From positions 1-60,330 of the IMG/VR virus record IMGVR_UViG_3300025120_000051: a DNA stretch of 60,330 nucleotides; one strand, given 5' to 3'. The notes below the pieces were generated by a model that was not told the origin of the DNA, did no database searches, and worked only from the letters and a program-made list of their open reading frames with translations. Shown piece after piece: positions 9,001 through 15,893 of the stretch. The position numbers were made by a program, and so were the translations under genes. How positions within the stretch are numbered: the stretch's first letter is position 1; each line of letters starts with the position of its first letter. The stretch comes from a virus (taxonomy: Duplodnaviria > Caudoviricetes).

Positions 9001-9001
9001 T

Positions 9002-9190
9002 ATGAGTAAAGGTTTTTACATAGTAGAACTTAGAGAATATACAGAGTCAGGCAACTACATAGAGTTTGACGCAGAATTTGAAACTAAAGAAGAGGCAATA
9101 AAGTATGCAAAAGAGAATAAAAACGATCTTTTTGATATACTAGAGTATAAAAACGGTAGAACACACACTCCTAAAAGCATAAGCATATGA
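9002..9190 (+). CDS. Hypothetical early protein (FETKEEAIKYA motif)
   Basis: ORF track; abuts neighbours. Confidence 0.7.
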   Translation: MSKGFYIVELREYTESGNYIEFDAEFETKEEAIKYAKENKNDLFDILEYKNGRTHTPKSISI

Positions 9191-9540
9191 GCACAGAAGA
9201 ATTAAAAAAAATATACTTAGAACATTATGGTTCTACGTTAGATACAATAGATTACAAAGGTGGATATGATTTTGTAATGAATCAAGAATATACAGCAGAT
9301 GGTCACGATGTGTTTTTATGCAGCGATGGTATATCTCCGGTGAGTATAAGTGAAGACGTATATTATTACGCTCATGATTTAACAGATATACTTAAAAATG
9401 CTATACACAACGGTCAAAAAATATACTGTGGTGAGGAGATATATGACGAGTGCTACATTAAAGACGAATGGAAAGAATGGTGTCTTGAAGATAATTTAGT
9501 TGATTATAATGATAATGACGAGTTAGTTAAGTGTGAATAA
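9187..9540 (+). CDS. Acidic hypothetical protein
   Basis: ATGA overlap; D/E/Y-rich, 117 aa. Confidence 0.75.
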   Translation: MSTEELKKIYLEHYGSTLDTIDYKGGYDFVMNQEYTADGHDVFLCSDGISPVSISEDVYYYAHDLTDILKNAIHNGQKIYCGEEIYDECYIKDEWKEWCLEDNLVDYNDNDELVKCE

Positions 9541-9541
9541 A

Positions 9542-9573
9542 TACAATTCAAATACGATAACAGTCGGATAATA
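9542..9573 (+). promoter_or_regulatory. Putative early promoter 5
   Basis: TACAATTCAAATACGA-N8-GGATAATA; wholly intergenic. Confidence 0.85.
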
Positions 9574-9578
9574 ATAAT

Positions 9579-9791
9579 ATGACAAAATGTAAATGTAATA
9601 ATATAATACCTCCGCAGCGGATAGCACTCGGTTATAAAGTTTGTGTTAACTGTAGCAGTACGGAAGCATATGGCTGTGTTAATATAACATACCATAAAAC
9701 GGGCAATACAATTCAGATATTACCAAAAGCCCAAGCTGCCAGAATACGTAAGCTATCCGCTCGTAGAGGTTATGGCACATGCCTAAGATAA
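9579..9791 (+). CDS. DksA/TraR-type C4 zinc-finger protein
   Basis: CxC..IPPQRIALGYKVCVNC matches the C..IPxxRLxA..CxxC finger pattern. Confidence 0.6.
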   Translation: MTKCKCNNIIPPQRIALGYKVCVNCSSTEAYGCVNITYHKTGNTIQILPKAQAARIRKLSARRGYGTCLR

Positions 9792-9804
9792 TAAGTAAAT
9801 AAAT

Positions 9805-10017
9805 ATGAGTGATTCAATAAAAGCATGGCACGAAATGCAAGAAGAAAATAAAGTATCTATATCCGTAGATAAAGATTTAATACTAGTAAATAAACTACTA
9901 GCGTTGAGTAACGAGCAAAAGCTATTAGATATAGATCAAGCTTTAAAAGAATATGAAGGTAATGTTGTAGATAAATGGCAACTTATCAACAGAATAGAGA
10001 AAATAATGTCGCGTTGA
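9805..10017 (+). CDS. Hypothetical protein
   Basis: ORF track. Confidence 0.7.
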   Translation: MSDSIKAWHEMQEENKVSISVDKDLILVNKLLALSNEQKLLDIDQALKEYEGNVVDKWQLINRIEKIMSR

Positions 10018-10081
10018 GGCGTGACAAACTCCTTCACGGGAATACACGGTTGCGCTCGTGCTGAAAACAAGTGAAGGATTA

Positions 10082-10167
10082 GGGAGTGATAAGGTAAGTA
10101 AAGCGAATAAATAACAGGTTACCGAGTCCAAATGCTTTAAACGGCGGTTCGATTCCGCCCACTTCCA
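10082..10167 (+). ncRNA. Miniature tmRNA-like RNA (tRNA-like domain)
   Basis: Acceptor GGGAGTG/CACTTCC with G3:U70 and A73; stemless D-loop; P2-like helix TAAAGCG/TGCTTTA; 3-nt AAC linker; T-arm GGCGG-TTCGATT-CCGCC. Confidence 0.7.
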
Positions 10168-10265
10168 CAATAAATGAATCCGAAGAGGTCAGTGTGCTTG
10201 ACACTGAACAAAACAAGCGAACACATGTCAGGCGAGTACTTCACAGAAAAACTAACGATGACTAA

Positions 10266-10386
10266 TAACTAGGTATGGTTAAGCGATTACCGGAGCGTAA
10301 GCTCGATCGTGGTGCGCAGAGCGTAAGCTCGATCGTGGTGCGCAGACTACCGACGGGTATGAGGTTCGATTCCTCACTAGTTACTA
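10266..10386 (+). ncRNA. tRNA-like RNA with non-canonical core
   Basis: TAACTAG/CTAGTTA acceptor-like stem; T-arm TGAGG-TTCGATT-CCTCA; internal GAGC-GTAA-GCTC hairpin; no recognisable anticodon arm. Confidence 0.6.
10293..10344. repeat. Perfect 26-bp tandem duplication
   Basis: GAGCGTAAGCTCGATCGTGGTGCGCA twice. Confidence 0.95.
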
Positions 10387-10404
10387 ACTTTAAATTAAAT
10401 AAAT

Positions 10405-10587
10405 ATGATTAGTAAAAACGAGTTTCAAGCGTACGTAAACGTACAAGAGTCAGGTGTAACAAACATGTTCGATGTAAGGACAGTATCTTCTCTATCTGGT
10501 TTGTCAAAAGCAAAAATAATGGATATAATGAAAAATTATAGCCAGTATCTAGGTACGTACATTTTAAATACGAATGAAGTAGGATAA
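10405..10587 (+). CDS. DUF5049-like small protein
   Basis: VQESGVTNMFDVRTV motif. Confidence 0.6.
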   Translation: MISKNEFQAYVNVQESGVTNMFDVRTVSSLSGLSKAKIMDIMKNYSQYLGTYILNTNEVG

Positions 10588-10589
10588 TA
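10558..10589 (+). promoter_or_regulatory. Putative early promoter 6
   Basis: TACATTTTAAATACGA-N8-GGATAATA. Confidence 0.8.
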
Positions 10590-10608
10590 ATATAAACAAA
10601 TAAATAAT

Positions 10609-10842
10609 ATGTCAAAATTAAAAACCGTCTACGACAATCTATTGCCCGACGTTAAATCAAGCTTGCAGGCTAGTGCTAGAAAGTACAACTCTGCTAAAAG
10701 ACTTAAGTATACTCTTATGTCTAAAATGATGTGGTCAGAGTTGACAATCGATGAGATGAGAGACGTTGTAACTTACGGTAACTTAAACAGTTGGGAATTA
10801 GACTGTTACAGCTTTATGTATGGTGAAAAAATCGTGAAATAA
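10609..10842 (+). CDS. Hypothetical protein
   Basis: ORF track. Confidence 0.75.
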   Translation: MSKLKTVYDNLLPDVKSSLQASARKYNSAKRLKYTLMSKMMWSELTIDEMRDVVTYGNLNSWELDCYSFMYGEKIVK

Positions 10843-11099
10843 TGAAAGCTACAAAACTACCCAAGTGGTTTAAAGGTTCTAAATATGAATCTGGAGACAC
10901 AGTAACAAATCCGTTTAGCGGAGAAAAATATGATTTAACAGGCGAAGAATTAAGTATGTACGATTTTATAATTGGTTGTCAATTAGTAATGGAAAAATTA
11001 CCAAGATCAATATCAGCAACCCACGTTAATGACTTTCAAAAAGGTCTTGACTGGTTCAGAAAAAATAACGCCAAAGCATATATGGTCTTACTAGACTAA
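10842..11099 (+). CDS. Hypothetical protein (C-terminal AYMVLLD)
   Basis: ORF track; 1-nt overlap with previous stop. Confidence 0.8.
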   Translation: MKATKLPKWFKGSKYESGDTVTNPFSGEKYDLTGEELSMYDFIIGCQLVMEKLPRSISATHVNDFQKGLDWFRKNNAKAYMVLLD

Positions 11100-11114
11100 T
11101 TATGCTATACATTT

Positions 11115-11186
11115 TGCGCGGTAGAGCAGCGGTAGCTCGTTGGGTTCATATCCCAAAGGTCGGAGGTTCGAACCCTCCCTGCGCAC
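11115..11186 (+). tRNA. tRNA-Met(CAT), initiator type
   Basis: Full cloverleaf; GGG/CCC at the base of the anticodon stem and A11:U24 are initiator hallmarks; CCA not encoded. Confidence 0.92.
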
Positions 11187-11200
11187 CTAAAATAATAAAT

Positions 11201-11545
11201 ATGAAGAACACAGATTTTGATATCTTAGCAAGCAAGTTAGCCGACTTAGCTAAAGATACTATGAAGAAAAAAGGCCCAGAATACACTAATGAGCACACGG
11301 ATGTGCTAAACAACTTTAAAGCTACGGGTAAAAGACTAAACATCTCACCCATCAAAGTGTGGAGTATATTCATGGACAAACAAATACAAAGTATAATGGC
11401 GCATGTCAATAATCCTAATCTTGATAAAGCTGAAAGTATAGACTCTAGATTTGCAGATGTAATCAATTACTGTTATCTAGGTAATGCTTTGTTTAACGAA
11501 AGAGATTCAGGAGCAATTAAAGAAGTATTCAACGATGTCAACTAG
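11201..11545 (+). CDS. Nucleotide-modification-associated (Nmad1/DUF1599-like) helical protein
   Basis: KKGPEY..DVLNNFK..K..ESIDSRFADVINY pattern; start moved to 11201 because the longer ORF spans the tRNA. Confidence 0.55.
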   Translation: MKNTDFDILASKLADLAKDTMKKKGPEYTNEHTDVLNNFKATGKRLNISPIKVWSIFMDKQIQSIMAHVNNPNLDKAESIDSRFADVINYCYLGNALFNERDSGAIKEVFNDVN

Positions 11546-11891
11546 AGCTCAGGTTAGATTCGCGACACGCGAAGAAGGCGTTTCTTTTAATGAACACCCA
11601 GATAAAATACACGCACAATTCTACGTGCACCATGATGGTTATCCTGAAGGATTAGGCCTGCAAATAGCTTGTTCAATATCAAAAGATTCACCTGTTACAA
11701 GTTTCTATGGTGAAATAGAACACGTACAGGATATGCACGGTGATTTAGATTATATATACTATATATGGTCTAACTATGACAAAGAAACTTGGATAAGTAT
11801 ATTTGAAACTTACGAAAATAAGTGTATATTTGTAGGTAAACCAGATAGGTTAATAGCAAAATACAAACTAAATACGAACGAAGCTGGATAA
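11535..11891 (+). CDS. Phage protein with YxHxDGYP motif
   Basis: MSTRAQV start; YVHHDGYPEGLG. Confidence 0.7.
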   Translation: MSTRAQVRFATREEGVSFNEHPDKIHAQFYVHHDGYPEGLGLQIACSISKDSPVTSFYGEIEHVQDMHGDLDYIYYIWSNYDKETWISIFETYENKCIFVGKPDRLIAKYKLNTNEAG

Positions 11892-11893
11892 TA
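11862..11893 (+). promoter_or_regulatory. Putative early promoter 7
   Basis: TACAAACTAAATACGA-N8-GGATAATA. Confidence 0.8.
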
Positions 11894-11898
11894 TACAT

Positions 11899-12186
11899 AT
11901 GACAGACGACGAATTAATCAAGCTAGCTGATCTTATTGCAGACAGACTAATAGCTCATAGAAATGACAAAGATGTTGCTTGGCATGACAAAAGCCCTGTA
12001 ACTATCGAAGATCTCCTCGAAGATACGCCTTTAAGTTTCAAAGAAACTCCAGAAGAGCATGTCATCGGTGAGATTGCTCGTCTTACTACGCTGCTATTCA
12101 TGTATCAAGAACAAGAAGAATACAGAAAAATGCAGATAATACAAAATAAAATTAACAGATTACAAAACAAACTAGATAAATTATGA
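11899..12186 (+). CDS. Hypothetical protein, C-terminal UVR-like coiled coil
   Basis: EQEEYRKMQIIQNKI pattern. Confidence 0.65.
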   Translation: MTDDELIKLADLIADRLIAHRNDKDVAWHDKSPVTIEDLLEDTPLSFKETPEEHVIGEIARLTTLLFMYQEQEEYRKMQIIQNKINRLQNKLDKL

Positions 12187-13028
12187 TAAAACCAATGCTC
12201 GCATACAAAGTAGATAAAAAACCTATCGACTGGTCCGAGAAAGTATATATGCAACCTAAGCTTGACGGCGTACGTTGTGTTATAAAGCTCGGCGACAACA
12301 ATGAAGTACAAGCTTTTTCACGTACAGGTAAACCGTGGCTTAACATAGCTCACATTACTAATTCGTTACACTATTTCTTTACACAGCATCCCGACATTAT
12401 ACTTGACGGTGAGCTGTATAATCATGATCTAAGAGACAATTTTAACAAGATCATATCATTAGTCAGAAAAACTAAACCAACGCCATCTGACAGAGATGAG
12501 GCATCTAAATTAGTACAATTTCATTGTTACGATTACATTGAAACTATACTAAACGAAAACTATAGCTACAGAATGAATCAGCTTGCTACAAGCGATATGT
12601 ATTCTTACTGTGTTAAACACGTATACACTACAGTTGTAACACAAGATCAAGCCAATATACAACATCAAGCTAACTTAGACGAAGGCTACGAAGGTTCTAT
12701 ATTACGTCTTGACAAACCTTACGAGTGCAAACGTTCTTACAACTTACAAAAGTTCAAAGACTTTCACGACACAGAAGCTACTATCATAGGTTATGTAGAT
12801 GGTAAAGGTAAAAGGTTAGGTACCCTTGGCAAGTTCATTATGCAAGACGACGATGGTGTAGAGTTCGGTTGTCCACCGGGTAAAGGCTACAACTATAAAG
12901 CTCTTACTAACATACTCAATAATATACACGATTATATTGGCAAGCGAGCAACCTTTACCTACTTCGAACGTACACCTGCCGGTAGTTACAGACACCCAAT
13001 GTTTAAAACTATTCGTAACTATGAGTAA
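12183..13028 (+). CDS. ATP-dependent DNA ligase
   Basis: KPMLA, QPKLDGVR (KxDG), LDGELY, EGSILR, KFK, RHP motifs. Confidence 0.95.
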   Translation: MIKPMLAYKVDKKPIDWSEKVYMQPKLDGVRCVIKLGDNNEVQAFSRTGKPWLNIAHITNSLHYFFTQHPDIILDGELYNHDLRDNFNKIISLVRKTKPTPSDRDEASKLVQFHCYDYIETILNENYSYRMNQLATSDMYSYCVKHVYTTVVTQDQANIQHQANLDEGYEGSILRLDKPYECKRSYNLQKFKDFHDTEATIIGYVDGKGKRLGTLGKFIMQDDDGVEFGCPPGKGYNYKALTNILNNIHDYIGKRATFTYFERTPAGSYRHPMFKTIRNYE

Positions 13029-13131
13029 GTTAGTTTGGCAATTATATAACGACAATATGATCAGCATGGAAGTTGCCAACATGCTACTTGATAAACATTA
13101 CAATAGAATATACCATGATAAAAAACATTAA
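13021..13131 (+). CDS. Small hypothetical protein, 36 aa
   Basis: MSKLVWQLY start overlapping the ligase stop. Confidence 0.5.
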   Translation: MSKLVWQLYNDNMISMEVANMLLDKHYNRIYHDKKH

Positions 13132-13291
13132 ACACTACGTAAGAAAAAGAAGACACGTACATTATATGACTCAAATAGTTTGCGAGTTACACAATGAAAT
13201 ATTTAACGATGCTCTTAATGAAGTTATTAACAAAAATAAGGCTTTATTAATTAAGAAATATAACAGAAGACTAAAACTAATACTTTATTAA
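13115..13291 (+). CDS. Small basic hypothetical protein
   Basis: Internal ATG of track ORF; abuts next gene. Confidence 0.55.
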   Translation: MIKNIKHYVRKRRHVHYMTQIVCELHNEIFNDALNEVINKNKALLIKKYNRRLKLILY

Positions 13292-13791
13292 TGAATATAT
13301 TTTACTTACACAAAGATCCTTATAAAGCTGCAGAGTTACAATACAATAAGCATGTGGTAAAAATGATACTTGAGTCAGCTCAAATGTTATGTACAGCTCA
13401 CCATCATTATGCTGAGAGGCATGAGATCAACGCGGACTACATACCATACAAAAAGGCTCATTATAATCACCCATCAACTATATGGTGTAGGCAAAATAAA
13501 AACCATTACAGATGGCTATACAATCATATGATAGCTTTAGGTCAAGAGTATACTGCTAGATATGGTAAAGAGCATTTAAGTATTACTAAATGTAAAGCTA
13601 AACTTAGTTTATACCCACATAATATACCTGAAGGTAAGTTTGAACAACCTCCACAGTGTATGCCTGATGAGTATAAGCATAAAAGTGCTATACACGCATA
13701 CTGGAACTATTATATAGGTGATAAATCAGCTATATGTAACACGAAGAAAGAGAAATTATACACTAAAATACCAAAGGCTATAGCCGTATAA
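13291..13791 (+). CDS. Pyrimidine-dimer DNA glycosylase family protein
   Basis: MNIFYL..KHVVKMILESAQML..HxNHPSTIW..EYTARYGKEH..PPQCMPDEYK. Confidence 0.8.
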   Translation: MNIFYLHKDPYKAAELQYNKHVVKMILESAQMLCTAHHHYAERHEINADYIPYKKAHYNHPSTIWCRQNKNHYRWLYNHMIALGQEYTARYGKEHLSITKCKAKLSLYPHNIPEGKFEQPPQCMPDEYKHKSAIHAYWNYYIGDKSAICNTKKEKLYTKIPKAIAV

Positions 13792-13865
13792 GTATGAAAA
13801 ATAAAACTAGAAAAAGATTAAACAAAAATAATAAAATTATTTTCTTGACCCTAAAACCACAAAAC

Positions 13866-13910
13866 GTGACAATAGGCATTAAGAATAAGTAAGTAAGAGG
13901 CAAATGTCAC
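13866..13910. repeat. 45-bp imperfect palindromic site, copy 2 (inverted relative to 5869-5913)
   Basis: GTGACA...TGTCAC; overlaps the start codon of the HTH gene. Confidence 0.8.
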
Positions 13911-14512
13911 AAGATAGAAACATGAAATGGCTGAATGATAACCGCATCGTATATAGGAGAGATCCAATTACGGACAAGGCCACTGTATCTAATAACCAAT
14001 ATGACTTTTATCAAAACGGCACACATGAATGTTATCATTTATTTAACAGTAAAGCTAAAATAACTACATATAAATCATTAAAATGGCATTTTTTAGTATT
14101 ATATTACTTAAATAGTAATGACGATTTGCAAGATGTGTTTAAATTTATTGCGGATAAAGACAATGGCTTTGTAACTTTTTTTATGAAGCAAAACGTGTTG
14201 GAAAACATGATAAAAGACGTTATTAAGCAAGGTGGTGAACCTCCAGCAAACAAGCTACGTAAAGTAGTTTTTAAAATGCACAGTGGTCTAAGTATTAACG
14301 AGAAGCTTAGCATTGTGGGTAAACTAATAGGTAGAACATCTCAAGTTGATGACGAGGCAATATACCAATGTATGATTGACTTGCACGACATGGGAAAAAA
14401 GATAACAATAAGTAAGCTTGCAAATTTACTAAACTGTTCGTCAAGAACTATCCATCGCAACATGAATAAAATTTTAAAACAAGAAAAAAAACAATTAAAT
14501 GAAGAGTTATAA
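13904..14512 (+). CDS. DNA-binding protein with C-terminal HTH
   Basis: ITISKLANLLNCSSRTIHRNM. Confidence 0.7.
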   Translation: MSQDRNMKWLNDNRIVYRRDPITDKATVSNNQYDFYQNGTHECYHLFNSKAKITTYKSLKWHFLVLYYLNSNDDLQDVFKFIADKDNGFVTFFMKQNVLENMIKDVIKQGGEPPANKLRKVVFKMHSGLSINEKLSIVGKLIGRTSQVDDEAIYQCMIDLHDMGKKITISKLANLLNCSSRTIHRNMNKILKQEKKQLNEEL

Positions 14513-15269
14513 TATAAAAAACTATGTTATATATAAAACAGAGGTAGCAAAACTAATTCACGCATTGCCTAGTTATGGAACAGATTATCATAATTATTCA
14601 CGCGAGCAGTTAATTACTTTATTTTTACCTTTAGTAGAAAATATAGCTAGAAAATTTTCAACAAGTCAACAAGCTTCAGGCGTTATGACAATTATGGACC
14701 TAATACAATGTGGTAGCATAGGTATAACACAAGCTGTAGATAAAATAGACTGGGCAAGATTGTCTGTGTCAGAGGATAAAGAAAAAACAATGAAATCTTT
14801 TCTATCTAAACGAATAAGAGGTGCAATACGTAGAGCTGTAGATATTAATCGCGGTGACATGAGAATACCCGAACATAAGTTAAACGAAATTCGCAAAAAT
14901 TTTGGTAAAGATAAAAAAATGGTTGCAATGTTTTTTAATAGTATATTTTTAAGCATTGACGAGAAACCAAAAAATGGAAATGAAGACGATATGGTATACC
15001 AAATACCAGACAAGTCAGAGCCATACAACGTAGGTTTGTTAAACGCTTATTTAGACAGTTTGCTAAAAAAACACTTATCAGAAAAAGAGTATCAGGTTTT
15101 AGTTTTAAGCTATGGTTTAGATTGTGAAAAACAACCAGCTAACGAAATAGCAAAAAAACTAAACATAGAAGGCAGTAGTGCCTACGTGAGAGTTTCACAG
15201 CTTAAAAAACAAGCTGTAGAAAAACTAATTCAAAACGTAGACCACTCGCAAGTGCTTGATTATCTATAA
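14499..15269 (+). CDS. Sigma-70-family RNA polymerase sigma factor
   Basis: Region 2 LPLVENIARKF..DLIQCGSIGITQAVDK..RIRGAIRR; region 4 LSEKEYQVLVLSYGL..EIAKKL..RVSQLKKQAVEKL. Confidence 0.9.
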   Translation: MKSYNIKNYVIYKTEVAKLIHALPSYGTDYHNYSREQLITLFLPLVENIARKFSTSQQASGVMTIMDLIQCGSIGITQAVDKIDWARLSVSEDKEKTMKSFLSKRIRGAIRRAVDINRGDMRIPEHKLNEIRKNFGKDKKMVAMFFNSIFLSIDEKPKNGNEDDMVYQIPDKSEPYNVGLLNAYLDSLLKKHLSEKEYQVLVLSYGLDCEKQPANEIAKKLNIEGSSAYVRVSQLKKQAVEKLIQNVDHSQVLDYL

Positions 15270-15289
15270 GTTAGACAAGCGTACTCATG

Positions 15290-15317
15290 TAAATAATATT
15301 ATTTATGTGTAATTATA
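15290..15317 (+). promoter_or_regulatory. Putative middle/late promoter TAAA-N15-GTAATTATA
   Basis: Intergenic, between the sigma gene and the recombination/replication operon. Confidence 0.65.
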
Positions 15318-15341
15318 TATATAGACCAAATAATAAACCAG

Positions 15342-15893
15342 ATGAAAGAATTAAACCAAAAACTAGCTATAGTTCAAACTAAGCTAAAGGCAAAAAAGTC
15401 TTCTTACAATGCCTTCGGTAAGTACTACTTCCGTAAATCAGAAGACATACTTGAGGCTATAAAGCCCTTCCTAATCGAACACGGCGTAACAGTTACAATC
15501 AACGAAGAAATGATTTCAACTGACCCTGTTCCAACAATTCAAACAACAGCAACAATATCAGATGGCGAAAATGCTATACACGCGACCGCTCTAGTAGGTG
15601 TAGACCTTAATCAAAAAGGTATGCAAACCTCACAGCAGTTTGGTGCCGCGTCAACTTATGGTAAGAAATATGCGCTAGGTAATTTACTGCTGATTGATGA
15701 TACAGAAGATGCTGACTCAGGTAAAAAACCAACAGCAGCTGTAGACAAGATTAAGCAAGCTGCCAAACCTGCTATAACAAAAGAACAGCTAACTAAAGCT
15801 AAAGAATATATAAGTGCAGGAGGAAGTATTAATGCTATTGAATCTAAATATAAACTAACAAATGAACAAAAAGCAAATATTACAGAGGCTTAA
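15342..15893 (+). CDS. ERF-family single-strand annealing protein
   Basis: K...NAFGKYYFR..EDI..QQFGAASTYGKKYAL..DDTEDAD. Confidence 0.9.
   Translation: MKELNQKLAIVQTKLKAKKSSYNAFGKYYFRKSEDILEAIKPFLIEHGVTVTINEEMISTDPVPTIQTTATISDGENAIHATALVGVDLNQKGMQTSQQFGAASTYGKKYALGNLLLIDDTEDADSGKKPTAAVDKIKQAAKPAITKEQLTKAKEYISAGGSINAIESKYKLTNEQKANITEA

Noticed and set aside
10103-10114. GCG AAT AAA TAA (ANK-stop) as the tmRNA tag
   Set aside because: The codon lies within the P2 helix and lacks UA at -5/-4; the GGT at 10117 fits better.
11102-11200. N-terminal extension of the 147-aa ORF
   Set aside because: Overlaps the tRNA-Met gene; the ATG at 11201 has a normal A-rich leader.
6880-11891. Shared C-termini NTNKAG / NTNEVG / NTNEAG / NTTVNG on early proteins as a peptide signal
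   Set aside because: They are the translation of the overlapping promoter motif, whose GGATAA supplies the Gly and stop.
6080-11893. Repeated TACGA-N8-GGATAAT units as a CRISPR array or attC cassette sites
   Set aside because: Irregular spacing from about 130 to 2000 bp, variable internal positions, no palindrome, no cas or integrase gene.
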